From NCBI GenBank assembly GCA_043806735.1, contig JAZDGR010000178.1:2634-66633 (forward strand): 64,000 bases of DNA, in the 5' to 3' direction. Below, one piece after another: positions 20,639-29,699 of this stretch. Made by a program: the position numbers and the translations under genes. The notes below the pieces were generated by a model that saw only the letters and a list, made by a program, of their open reading frames with translations, was not told the DNA's origin and ran no database searches. Positions within the stretch are counted from its first letter, which is position 1. Each line of letters starts with the position of its first letter. The stretch is from a bacterium. Its GTDB lineage: Bacteria; Bacteroidota; Bacteroidia; Bacteroidales; FEN-979.

Positions 20639-21973
20639 TTATTTCTTGATAAACTTGGCAGAGAGTGATTTACTACCCGCTTTGGCAGTCAGGAAATACA
20701 AGCCCGAAGGGAAATCAGAGCAGTTGATCCAGGTCCCTTTCCGGATATCTCCCGGAAATTCTTTGTAAATCGTTCTTCCCGTAATATCCATGATGGCAAT
20801 CTCGCTAACCTGAGCATCACCGGTGTATTTCACGCGGAGACTATTTTCAACAGGGTTAGGATAAAGTGCAAGGTATCCTTCCCCTGAAGTCGGCTCATCA
20901 ATATTCACAGGGGTCCTGTAATCAATGCCAATGGCATCTGTATTAAACCCAGTGATAAAGGATGTGACAGAATCGCCAAGAGTGGTTCCCACAACATCGA
21001 TTCCAAAACTGATCCGGTTCCCGACGTTGGTGTATAACAAATCATTTACATAATCGGCATCGTAAGAGGTATAATAAATGTGGTTGACAGAACCAGGATC
21101 AGGAAAAATGGTCGTATCTGCAATTTGCTTGGTTTCCATGTTAAATGAACCGATGCCGTTGTTTAAAGTCAGGTAGAGCATAGGTTCAATCACCCCACTG
21201 TTCTTCAAACCGGATCCATTCCCTACTCGCAGGTTTAGAATATAATTTGTATAGGTAAGAGAATAGGTACTATAAGCTGTGACGCTGCCTACATCAGGAT
21301 TACCATAGGGTGTTTCATTCACGGAGAAAAACACTCCACCGTAATTATAGAGGTCACTGATTCCCACTGCATTTGGACCGAAATTAATTTCCCTTGAAAG
21401 GGTCCAGGTATTAAAGTTAATCACGGCGAGCTTCCCTTCGGAGCTCAGGTATCCTCCATTTACTGCCACATAGACTGAATCTTTCGTATCGAGAATTCCC
21501 TTGCAATCCCCAGAGATGTTCTGGATTCGTGCAATCAGAGCAAGATCTTCTGCATTCAGGACTTCCACGAAGAACCGGACGACGGGGAATTGTTTTGATA
21601 CAATCAGCCTGTTGTTGAAAACATGTAACCGGCTCAAGCCAGAATCGGCAACTGAACCTAACCGTTGCAGGGTGTTGGCGTCATACATCACGATGCTATC
21701 CTGTGCGGCAACGTAAATACGCTGATTCGCTATAACCACATCCTGAACTGATTGGGTCTTGATTACGTCAAAAACCGAAGTGGATCCGGTGGAAGGGTCA
21801 TATGTTTGCACGGTTACATAATCAATGAAAGGCGGCGTTGCTTCGTATTGGTTTCCGTTTGCAACAATTACCTGTTCAACCCATTCAGATTTCTGGGAGT
21901 AACTAAATAATGGCAGGATAGACAAGACCACCACGCATGTCAAGAGAAAGTTTACTTTTTTGATATATATCAT
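20639..21973 (-). CDS. beta-propeller-like secreted protein with T9SS C-terminal sorting domain
   Basis: Signal peptide, repeated propeller-like segments, and the C-terminal LYPNPVENSLRVKY...GLYFLTAKAG...KFIKK. Confidence 0.65.
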   Translation of the reverse strand: MIYIKKVNFLLTCVVVLSILPLFSYSQKSEWVEQVIVANGNQYEATPPFIDYVTVQTYDPSTGSTSVFDVIKTQSVQDVVIANQRIYVAAQDSIVMYDANTLQRLGSVADSGLSRLHVFNNRLIVSKQFPVVRFFVEVLNAEDLALIARIQNISGDCKGILDTKDSVYVAVNGGYLSSEGKLAVINFNTWTLSREINFGPNAVGISDLYNYGGVFFSVNETPYGNPDVGSVTAYSTYSLTYTNYILNLRVGNGSGLKNSGVIEPMLYLTLNNGIGSFNMETKQIADTTIFPDPGSVNHIYYTSYDADYVNDLLYTNVGNRISFGIDVVGTTLGDSVTSFITGFNTDAIGIDYRTPVNIDEPTSGEGYLALYPNPVENSLRVKYTGDAQVSEIAIMDITGRTIYKEFPGDIRKGTWINCSDFPSGLYFLTAKAGSKSLSAKFIKK

Positions 21974-22094
21974 TTATTTGTTAATCAAAGGATTAAATTC
22001 TCAATTCTTTGTAATGATAGTCAACAAAGATAAACATTTTTCCGATTTGTATTCCGTTTATTTTTTATAAATTTACCATCCAAATCCACGGCCA

Positions 22095-22313
22095 ATGAGT
22101 AGCCTTCTAAAAGCCCTCCTTTTCTTTCTGGTACTCAGTATTTCATTGCCGGTTTACACTTCTTGCTCAGGTTCCAGAAAAAACGTGTGCAGCGCAAACA
22201 GCACATCCAAGAAAAGAACGCTGAAAAAGAACCGGAGTAATTATGGTCTGAAATACGGGGTTAAAACAAGCCCGACAAATAAGAATTATGTGATCAGAAA
22301 CCGGAATAAATAA
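22095..22313 (+). CDS. small basic lipoprotein (72 aa), hypothetical
   Basis: Signal peptide with lipobox-like VYTSC followed by a Lys/Arg/Asn-rich tail. ORF evidence only. Confidence 0.35.
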   Translation: MSSLLKALLFFLVLSISLPVYTSCSGSRKNVCSANSTSKKRTLKKNRSNYGLKYGVKTSPTNKNYVIRNRNK

Positions 22314-23090
22314 CTATTTTGCGACTCCATTTTTGTATTTTGTCACTTTTACAACCTTCCCGGTTTCATCATATTCAGTCCAAGATCCGTCCTTGATCCC
22401 GTTCACATAAAATCCGGTAATTTTCAATTTCCCATTCCGGTAATATTCTTTGTAATTGCCTTCCAGATTGTTATTAACATAGTTGGAAACGGATGAAGTT
22501 GTATCGTTATCGTAGAAATTCCTTTGCGATCCTTCAAATTGCCCGTTCTGGTAGTTATATATCGCTATCAAACGTCCATCCCGACTGAACCATCTTGATG
22601 GGCCATGCTTCTGATTGTTCAGGTAAAAGGCCTCTTCCTGTATTTTTCCGTTATCATAATAACTGCGATATAACCCGTCAAGCATACCATCACGGAATCG
22701 TTGTTCTTTTAAAAGCTGGGAGCTGAACGGGCTATAATTAAAGACTAACCCATCCAACTTATTGTTTTTATAATGCTCCACGTTTGTGATTTTCCCTTTT
22801 TTATCGAATTGCAACGTGAGTCCTGCCTGTTGTCCGTTGCTGAACGTCTCCACTTTAAAGATCATGTTGTCAGAAAGGTAAGTTTCCCAGATTCCATCCT
22901 TCAACCCATTTGCGTAGTTTCCCATATAGGTAAATTCCCCGCTTCGCTCGACCCAATAACCCATTTTGAGCCCTCGCTCGTTTAGCTGATTTGTAAGTTC
23001 TCTTCCTCCTGCAGGATTTTTGACCTGAGAAAAGCTGGTATAGGAGAACAGCAGGCACGAAATAAATGCCAAATTGAAGATGATTTTCAT
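22314..23090 (-). CDS. MORN-repeat (YwqK-like) protein with signal peptide
   Basis: Starts at ATG 23090 (MKIIFNLAFISCLLFSYTSFSQ). It has repeated G.W..Y..NG.....Y.NG..DG units. Confidence 0.75.
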   Translation of the reverse strand: MKIIFNLAFISCLLFSYTSFSQVKNPAGGRELTNQLNERGLKMGYWVERSGEFTYMGNYANGLKDGIWETYLSDNMIFKVETFSNGQQAGLTLQFDKKGKITNVEHYKNNKLDGLVFNYSPFSSQLLKEQRFRDGMLDGLYRSYYDNGKIQEEAFYLNNQKHGPSRWFSRDGRLIAIYNYQNGQFEGSQRNFYDNDTTSSVSNYVNNNLEGNYKEYYRNGKLKITGFYVNGIKDGSWTEYDETGKVVKVTKYKNGVAK

Positions 23091-23130
23091 ACTAAAGATT
23101 TTTGAGGCAAAGGTAACAATAGGATAGAAA

Positions 23131-24441
23131 TTATAAAGCAACTTCCCCGTGCAAGTCAAAGTATCCCGCTTCACAGATCTTCGCATAGCAGAATTCACCG
23201 GGGTTTAGGGTTTCCCCCCGGTTGTGGATCACTATCTCCTGGTCTACCTCGGGTGAATCAGCTTCGGTTCGTCCAATCCAATACTCCTCTTCTTTCGCAT
23301 CGATAATGACTTTCATGATCTGTCCTATTTTACTCTGGTTTAATTGGAGTGAGATCTCCTCCTGGATCTTCATCAGCGTTGCAAGACGCTTCTGCTTAAT
23401 GTGACTGGGAATATTGTCCTTTCCCAGGGCAGCTGCGGTTCCCTCCTCATTTGAATAGGCAAATGCACCTAGCCTATCAAAGCGGGATTCCTTAATAAAC
23501 TTACAGAGGTCTTCAAAATCCTGTTCCGTTTCTCCGGGATATCCTGTGATGAAGGTTGTCCGAATGGCGATACCGGGAACTCTAGACCGGATGGTCTCTA
23601 TCAACGCCTTGGTTTTATCTCCGTTCATCCCGCGCTTCATGGATCTGAGAATGTGGCTACTGATATGCTGAAGCGGAATATCAATATAGTTACAAATGTT
23701 GGGAACATCTTTCATCACCTCCAGGACTTCTATTGGAAAAGCATGTGGGTAGGTATAATGAAGCCTGATCCATTCAACCCCTTTCACGTTTGATAGTCTG
23801 CGCAAAAGTTCTGCCAGTTTTCTCCGCCCATAAATATCGACTCCGTAGAAGGTGGTATCCTGAGAAATGACAAGAAGTTCCTTAACACCTTTTGCAGCCA
23901 GCATCGAGGTTTCCCTGATGACCTCATCCATGGGTTTGGACCTATGAGGTCCCCGGATCATTGGAATAGCACAAAAGGAACATCTCCTGTCACACCCCTC
24001 GGCGATTTTCAGGTAAGCATAATGGCCCGGGGAAGTCAAATGCCTTTCCCCCAAAAGGTTTTGGCAATATTCTCCTCCCAGATCACTGAGTATTTTCTGA
24101 AGTTCGTGAACCCCGTAAATTCCATCGGCTTCCGGAATTTCCTGTTTCAGTTCTGCCCGGTAGCGTTCAGTCAGGCAGCCCATGAGGAGAAGCCTATGAA
24201 TTTTCCCAGCTTTTTTTGCCGCAACGAAATGAAGGATAACGTCGATTGATTCCTTTTTTGCATCTCCGATGAAGCCACAGGTATTGATTATGACCGAATC
24301 CAGATTTGTTTCACTCTCCGGCTCAAAAACAACATCGAACTGACTGAATTCCAGTTGTTTCATGAGCACCTCCGTGTCGACCAGGTTTTTGGCGCATCCC
24401 AGTGACACCATCCCGATTTTCTTCTTGCGCCGCGTATTCAC
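23131..24441 (-). CDS. rimO: ribosomal protein S12 methylthiotransferase RimO
   Basis: MTTase N-domain (GCAKN), radical SAM motif CDRRCSFCAIP, and a C-terminal TRAM-like segment. 436 aa. Confidence 0.9.
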   Translation of the reverse strand: MNTRRKKKIGMVSLGCAKNLVDTEVLMKQLEFSQFDVVFEPESETNLDSVIINTCGFIGDAKKESIDVILHFVAAKKAGKIHRLLLMGCLTERYRAELKQEIPEADGIYGVHELQKILSDLGGEYCQNLLGERHLTSPGHYAYLKIAEGCDRRCSFCAIPMIRGPHRSKPMDEVIRETSMLAAKGVKELLVISQDTTFYGVDIYGRRKLAELLRRLSNVKGVEWIRLHYTYPHAFPIEVLEVMKDVPNICNYIDIPLQHISSHILRSMKRGMNGDKTKALIETIRSRVPGIAIRTTFITGYPGETEQDFEDLCKFIKESRFDRLGAFAYSNEEGTAAALGKDNIPSHIKQKRLATLMKIQEEISLQLNQSKIGQIMKVIIDAKEEEYWIGRTEADSPEVDQEIVIHNRGETLNPGEFCYAKICEAGYFDLHGEVAL

Positions 24442-24447
24442 AAATGG

Positions 24448-25404
24448 TTAGTTGAAAAGGCTATCGACGAACTCAATGCGGTTAAAAAGTTGAAGATCTT
24501 CCATTTTTTCTCCGATGCCGATATATTTTACAGGAATTTTGAACTGGTCGGAAATTCCAAGAACAACACCTCCTTTGGCTGTTCCATCCAGTTTTGTCAG
24601 GGCCAAAGCATTTACCTCCGTTGCTGAGATAAACTGTCTAGCCTGTTCAAAAGCATTTTGTCCGGTTGATGCGTCCAGGATCAAGAGAACTTCATGCGGA
24701 CCTTCCGGAACAAGTTTTTGGATCACTTTCCTGATTTTGGAGAGTTCATTCATCAGGTTGACTTTGTTGTGCAACCGTCCGGCCGTGTCAATAATCACTA
24801 TATCCATTCCCTTAGCAATGGCTGACTTTACACAATCAAACGCCACTGAGGCAGGATCTGTCCCCATTCCATGCATTATGACAGGTACCCCTACCCGATC
24901 AGCCCAAATGGTCAACTGATCTATTGCGGCAGCACGGAATGTATCTGCAGCTCCAAGGATCACGGTTTTTCCAGCTTGCCTGAACTGCCAGGCAAGTTTC
25001 CCTATGGTTGTCGTTTTCCCGACGCCATTCACACCGACTACCAGGATGACATAGGGCTTTTTTTGATCCGACGGGAAAAATCCGTTACTCTCTTTCGGGT
25101 TGGTTTCCTGAAGAAGTGCGACGATTTCTTCTTTCAGGATCTGGTTCAACTCATTTGTCCCCAGATATTTATCGGAAGCAACCCGTTTTTGAATCCGGTC
25201 AATAATCCGCAACGTAGTCTCGACACCAACATCCGAAGAAACGAGCACTTCTTCGAGGTTATCCAGCACTTCATCATCCACTTTTGATTTGCCGATAACC
25301 GCTTTGGAAATTTTAGAAAACAGCGAAGCTTTTGTCTTTTCGAGGCCCTTGTCAAGGTTCTCTTTTTTTTCTCCGGAAAAGATCTTTTTCGTCGAGAGAA
25401 ACAT
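24448..25404 (-). CDS. ftsY: signal recognition particle receptor FtsY
   Basis: GVNGVGKTTTIGKLA, DTAGR and TKLDG motifs. Starts at ATG 25404 (MFLSTKKIFSGEKK). The longer ORF-track version overlaps the upstream small gene. Confidence 0.92.
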   Translation of the reverse strand: MFLSTKKIFSGEKKENLDKGLEKTKASLFSKISKAVIGKSKVDDEVLDNLEEVLVSSDVGVETTLRIIDRIQKRVASDKYLGTNELNQILKEEIVALLQETNPKESNGFFPSDQKKPYVILVVGVNGVGKTTTIGKLAWQFRQAGKTVILGAADTFRAAAIDQLTIWADRVGVPVIMHGMGTDPASVAFDCVKSAIAKGMDIVIIDTAGRLHNKVNLMNELSKIRKVIQKLVPEGPHEVLLILDASTGQNAFEQARQFISATEVNALALTKLDGTAKGGVVLGISDQFKIPVKYIGIGEKMEDLQLFNRIEFVDSLFN

Positions 25405-25408
25405 CCAA

Positions 25409-25570
25409 TTAATTCTCTTTCCCTGCCAGATAATCTTTGATTTTATCATTGGCAACCATTGACGCTTTGAACGAATAGGCACCAGTTTTGGGAGATTTAA
25501 CCATTTTGATAACCTTGGTGATATCCTTTGAAGTGGCTCCTTTAAATGTTGCAACTACTTTCTTTGCCAT
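25409..25570 (-). CDS. DUF4295-type small protein (53 aa), not in the ORF track
   Basis: I translated this myself: MAKKVVATFKGATSKDITKVIKMVKSPKTGAYSFKASMVANDKIKDYLAGKEN. It sits between rpmG and ftsY, as in many Bacteroidota. Confidence 0.7.
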   Translation of the reverse strand: MAKKVVATFKGATSKDITKVIKMVKSPKTGAYSFKASMVANDKIKDYLAGKEN

Positions 25571-25583
25571 GACCTATTGTGTA

Positions 25584-25772
25584 TTATTTAATTTCTTTGT
25601 GAACCGTCACTTTTTTGAGGTACGGGTTGTACTTTTTAATTTCCAGCCGTTCGGGTGTGTTTTTCTTATTTTTTGTGGTGATGTACCTCGACATGCCAGG
25701 AACGCTGCTGTTTTTCTGTTCGGTACACTCCAGAATCACCTGAATCCGCTGATCTTTACTCTTTTTTGCCAT
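25584..25772 (-). CDS. rpmG: 50S ribosomal protein L33
   Basis: [49 protein letters not shown] is a typical L33. Confidence 0.92.
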   Translation of the reverse strand: MAKKSKDQRIQVILECTEQKNSSVPGMSRYITTKNKKNTPERLEIKKYNPYLKKVTVHKEIK

Positions 25773-25880
25773 TGTTACTTCCTCACTATTTTTAGGCGTG
25801 CAAAATTAAAAATTTTCCGGATAACTTCAAAAGAATCCTTAAAAATCTTTATTTTAGAAGGCCAGACCTATTTATATCTT

Positions 25881-26657
25881 ATGATCCTTACAGAAATCTT
25901 TGACAACATCGGGATTTTATCACTGAATCATCCTGAGAAACTGAACGCAATCTCGCATTCCCTAGTGAGGGAGTTTGCCGAGAGCCTGGAAACATTCCGG
26001 AAAAAGCAGATCAAAGTTGTCATCATCAAAGCCGAACCAAACAAAAGCAATGTTTGGTCGGCCGGACATGATGTGGCCGAGTTGCCTCTAGACCATGGTG
26101 ATCCATTGGATTATTTTGATCAGCTTGAGGTCCTTCTCCGAGCCATCCAGCGATATCCCGGTCCGGTCATTGCCCAGGTCCATGGCAGTGTATGGGGTGG
26201 AGCTTGTGATCTGATTATGACCTGTGACATTGTTATCGGGGATCCTACCTGCACTTTTGCGATCACGCCTGCCAAAATTGGATTACCTTACAACGCCTCC
26301 GGAATTGCTCATTTTCTGAGCAGATTAGGCATCAATCAAGCCAAGGAGATGTTTTTTACCGCGCAACCAATCAATGCTGAGCTTTCAGATAAATGGGGCA
26401 TTGTAAACCATGTAGTTCCTGAGGAACAGCTGGAGGTATTTGTACTGGAAATGGCCAGGAGAATGACTTCACTTTCTTCTCAGGCGATCGCAGTTATCAA
26501 AGAGCAATTTCGGATTCTAGCCGGGACTCAGGCTATCAGTGCGGAGGTTTTTGAACGGATTGAAGGATTACGAAAGAAAGTTTGGGAAAGCGGGGATTAC
26601 ACTGAAGGCATCAGGGCATTTTTAGAAAAAAGAAAGCCCGAATTCAAAGGGGATTAG
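25881..26657 (+). CDS. enoyl-CoA hydratase/isomerase family protein (methylmalonyl-CoA decarboxylase-like)
   Basis: Starts at ATG 25881. It has a crotonase fold (VIIKAE..VWSAGHDV, GSVWGGACDL, AFLEKRKPEF). The upstream part of ORF 25488.. overlaps rpmG/DUF4295 on the antisense strand. Confidence 0.85.
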   Translation: MILTEIFDNIGILSLNHPEKLNAISHSLVREFAESLETFRKKQIKVVIIKAEPNKSNVWSAGHDVAELPLDHGDPLDYFDQLEVLLRAIQRYPGPVIAQVHGSVWGGACDLIMTCDIVIGDPTCTFAITPAKIGLPYNASGIAHFLSRLGINQAKEMFFTAQPINAELSDKWGIVNHVVPEEQLEVFVLEMARRMTSLSSQAIAVIKEQFRILAGTQAISAEVFERIEGLRKKVWESGDYTEGIRAFLEKRKPEFKGD

Positions 26658-26661
26658 ACAT

Positions 26662-27561
26662 ATGAAATGGGATTCCTATCTCCGCAGTTACCAGGCATAT
26701 CTGCAACTGGAGAAATCTTTATCGCCCAATACCGTGGAAGCTTACCTTCACGATGTAAAGATGCTTGTTCAATATCTTGAAATATCGGGCAACGATCTCC
26801 TGCCTTCTACCGTTAAATTACATCATCTTCAATCATTTCTGAAATGGGTCACGGAGCTGGGAATGACGGCGCGGACTCAGGCCAGGGTTATTTCAGGAAT
26901 AAAATCTTTTTACAAATACCTTCAACTGGAAAATCTTGTACAAAAGGATCCGTCTGAGCTTCTGGAGTCCCCAAAGGTTGGTCGAAAGCTTCCGGTGGTA
27001 TTGAATATTTCAGAAATAGATACATTAATCGGGGTCATTGACTTGAGTAAACCCGAGGGTGAGCGCAACAAGGCCATTCTGGAAACGCTGTACGGATGCG
27101 GATTACGGGTATCCGAACTGGTTGACCTGAAGATCTCCTGCCTTCGTTTTAATGAAGGATTCATCCGGGTTATCGGCAAGGGGAACAAAGAACGGTTGGT
27201 GCCGGTGGGACAGTCCGCTCAGAAGCAAATTCGCATATACCTGGATTCGGTCAGGCGTCTTCAACCGATCAAACGGGGCTACGAGGATTTTCTTTTCCTG
27301 AACCGCCGCGGATCGAAGCTAACACGGGCAATGATCTTCAACATAATCAAAGAGTTGGCTGAAAAAGCAGGGATCAAAAAGAACATCAGTCCGCATACAT
27401 TTCGTCACTCTTTCGCCACTCATCTGGTGGAAGGTGGTGCAGATCTCCGGGCAGTTCAGGAGATGCTCGGGCATGAGTCGATAACTACTACCGAGATATA
27501 TACTCATCTGGACCGGGAGTACTTAAGGAGTACAATCATCCAATATCACCCGAGGGGGTAA
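26662..27561 (+). CDS. xerD: site-specific tyrosine recombinase XerD
   Basis: The N-terminal SAM-like domain and the catalytic HTFRHSFATHL..LGHESITTTEIYTHL (R-H-R-Y) are present. Confidence 0.88.
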   Translation: MKWDSYLRSYQAYLQLEKSLSPNTVEAYLHDVKMLVQYLEISGNDLLPSTVKLHHLQSFLKWVTELGMTARTQARVISGIKSFYKYLQLENLVQKDPSELLESPKVGRKLPVVLNISEIDTLIGVIDLSKPEGERNKAILETLYGCGLRVSELVDLKISCLRFNEGFIRVIGKGNKERLVPVGQSAQKQIRIYLDSVRRLQPIKRGYEDFLFLNRRGSKLTRAMIFNIIKELAEKAGIKKNISPHTFRHSFATHLVEGGADLRAVQEMLGHESITTTEIYTHLDREYLRSTIIQYHPRG

Positions 27562-27562
27562 A

Positions 27563-28369
27563 TTATTTAAAAGGAGAATCGGGTTCTTTCGCCATGTGGT
27601 TGTAAACCATCCTATCCAGCAGTTTCGGGAAAATCTTATTCAGAAGAACGGTCATTTTCCCTTGAGTAGTAAGTGTAAGTCTGTGTTTCCGTTTTTCGAT
27701 GGCGTTGCAGATATGCATAGCTACCTCTTCGGCCGACATCATCTTAGCTTCATCCCTGGGGGATTCGCCTTGCTGACTACCATCCTTAGCCAATGATGTA
27801 TTCCGGATATTTGAAGTGGTAAAACCGGGACAAGCGATGAGTACATGGAGACCTTTTTTCATATTCTCAATCCGCACAACTTCCAGAAATCCCTGCATCG
27901 CAAACTTGGATGCCGAATAACCGGCTCTTCCCGGTAATCCTTTGTAGCCCGCTACGGAAGAGACTCCCACAAGTGAACCTCCTGTTTCAAGCAGGTGAGG
28001 CAAAGCATATTTTGTGCAGTAAACAGTTCCCCAGAAATTTGTATTCATCACCTTTTTCATTACGTCAAGGTCCACTTCTTCAAACAGGGCTCTCATGGAG
28101 ATCCCGGCATTGTTGATTAGGACATCAATCCGGCCAAAATGATTCACTGTCGAGCTGACCAGGTTTTTGCAATCTTCTTCTTTTGATACATCTGTCAAGA
28201 CTGTTATCACTTCTGTTCCGGTAATCCCTAATTTTTCGCTGTTCACTGTTAACTGTTCCCTGTTCCTTGCTGCCAGCGAGAGCCTGGCTCCTCTCCTGGC
28301 ACACTCAAACGCAAGCGCTTGTCCTATACCCGAGGAGGCCCCGGTGATGATTACGATCTTGTCTTTCAT
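27563..28369 (-). CDS. SDR family oxidoreductase
   Basis: TGASSGIGQA, NNAG and YSASKFA motifs. Confidence 0.88.
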   Translation of the reverse strand: MKDKIVIITGASSGIGQALAFECARRGARLSLAARNREQLTVNSEKLGITGTEVITVLTDVSKEEDCKNLVSSTVNHFGRIDVLINNAGISMRALFEEVDLDVMKKVMNTNFWGTVYCTKYALPHLLETGGSLVGVSSVAGYKGLPGRAGYSASKFAMQGFLEVVRIENMKKGLHVLIACPGFTTSNIRNTSLAKDGSQQGESPRDEAKMMSAEEVAMHICNAIEKRKHRLTLTTQGKMTVLLNKIFPKLLDRMVYNHMAKEPDSPFK

Positions 28370-28378
28370 AATAAATCG

Positions 28379-28435
28379 TGAAATGGTGAAATGGCGAAAT
28401 TAAGAAATTTAAGAAATTGGGAAATTAGGTAATTA
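28379..28435. repeat. 8-bp-periodic degenerate tandem array (NNNGAAAT-type units)
   Basis: Units are gtgaaatg gtgaaatg gcgaaatt aagaaattt aagaaatt gggaaatt aggtaatt. The array starts 10 nt from the SDR start codon, in a divergent spacer. Confidence 0.85.
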
Positions 28436-28478
28436 TGGGAAGCAATGATTTTGTATTTTCGTCACATAATCCTCTTCT

Positions 28479-29669
28479 ATGACTGAACGGGAACTCTTCT
28501 ACAGGTATCTGGGATTGCCATCTTTCACTCCGATGGGACTGGAGATTGAACATGCCGAGGGGATTTATCTCACGGATAAAACCGGGAAAAGTTACATTGA
28601 CCTCGTTTCAGGAATCTCGGTTAGCAACATTGGCCATCGCCATCCAAAAGTTCTGGATGCCATCCGGGATCAACTGGAAAAATACCTTTATCTCAACGTA
28701 TACGGAGAATTTATTCAATCTCCACAGGTCCAACTTGCCAAAAGGCTAGTGGATCTTATGCCTGCCCCGCTTGAATCCGTCTTCTTTGTAAATTCTGGCA
28801 GCGAGGCCATCGAAGGAGCTTTGAAGCTGGCTAAAAGGTACACCGGTCGCAGCGAGGTCATCGCATTTTATAATGCCTATCATGGTTCCACCCAGGGAGC
28901 TTTAAGTATTCTGGGGAACGAGGTGATGAAACATCCTTTCAGGCCTCTAATACCAGATATCAGGTTCCTGAGATTCAATAACTTTCCTGACCTGGAGCAG
29001 ATCTCGGAAAAAACAGCATGTGTTGTGGCGGAGACAATCCAGGCAGAAGCCGGCCTGATCCTTCCGGTTGACAGTTATCTTTTTCAACTCAGAAAAAGAT
29101 GTTCTGACACTGGAACTCTCCTCATCGTGGATGATGTTCAGATGGGTTTCGGGCGCACCGGAAAGCTATTCTCCTTTGAGCACTATGGCATTGTGCCTGA
29201 TATTCTTGTGCTTGCAAAGGCTTTTGGAGCAGGCATGCCACTGGGTGCTTTTATCGCCCCCAAAAAGGTCATGGACACCCTGGCATTCGATCCGGAATTG
29301 GGCCACATCACCACCTTTGGAGGACACCCGGTAAGTTGTGCAGCTGCGCTGGCAGGTTTAGAGGTGCTCTGTTCCGGAAGTTTGTTGGCCGATGTCGAAG
29401 CAAAAGGCAGGCGATTCGAAGCGAAACTAGCGGGTCATCCAGTTATTAAATCATTGAGGAGGAAAGGATTGGCAATTGGCGCTGATTTGGCAGGCCCGGG
29501 AAAGAGAAAGCTTTTTATGGAGGCAGTTGTTGGGAAAGGGATCATCATTGACTGGTACCTGTTTCAACCCGCCACCTTCAGGATAGCGCCTCCTCTGACG
29601 ATCACTTTCGAGGAGATAGACCTTGCTTGTGAAGCGTTGACAGCGGCTTTGGAGAAGGTCAAGATGTAA
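28479..29669 (+). CDS. class-III PLP-dependent aminotransferase (acetylornithine/GABA aminotransferase family)
   Basis: SGSEAIEGALKLA, DDVQMGFGRTGKLF and LAKAFGAGMPLGAF motifs. Confidence 0.88.
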   Translation: MTERELFYRYLGLPSFTPMGLEIEHAEGIYLTDKTGKSYIDLVSGISVSNIGHRHPKVLDAIRDQLEKYLYLNVYGEFIQSPQVQLAKRLVDLMPAPLESVFFVNSGSEAIEGALKLAKRYTGRSEVIAFYNAYHGSTQGALSILGNEVMKHPFRPLIPDIRFLRFNNFPDLEQISEKTACVVAETIQAEAGLILPVDSYLFQLRKRCSDTGTLLIVDDVQMGFGRTGKLFSFEHYGIVPDILVLAKAFGAGMPLGAFIAPKKVMDTLAFDPELGHITTFGGHPVSCAAALAGLEVLCSGSLLADVEAKGRRFEAKLAGHPVIKSLRRKGLAIGADLAGPGKRKLFMEAVVGKGIIIDWYLFQPATFRIAPPLTITFEEIDLACEALTAALEKVKM

Positions 29670-29696
29670 ATTCGTCATTCGTAATTCGTCATTTGA
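29669..29696. repeat. heptamer array aattcgt cattcgt aattcgt catttga
   Basis: It fills the 30-nt spacer between the aminotransferase stop (29667-29669) and the aat GTG start (29700). Confidence 0.85.
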
Positions 29697-29699
29697 AGA

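Noticed and set aside
22314-23090. I considered the MORN/YwqK-like protein as the antitoxin of a toxin-antitoxin or polymorphic toxin system.
   Set aside because: It carries a signal peptide. It has no adjacent toxin-like gene; its neighbours are rimO and a 72-aa basic lipoprotein ORF.
25584-25880. I considered the absence of rpmB (L28) upstream of rpmG as a notable rearrangement.
   Set aside because: The 25773-25880 spacer is ordinary AT-rich promoter-like sequence. L28 could be encoded elsewhere, so a single window is not enough to call this unusual.
26662-27561. I considered whether the tyrosine recombinase marks an integrated mobile element.
   Set aside because: The sequence and length fit chromosomal XerD. 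The flanking genes are housekeeping, and there is no tRNA, direct repeat or phage/conjugation gene nearby.
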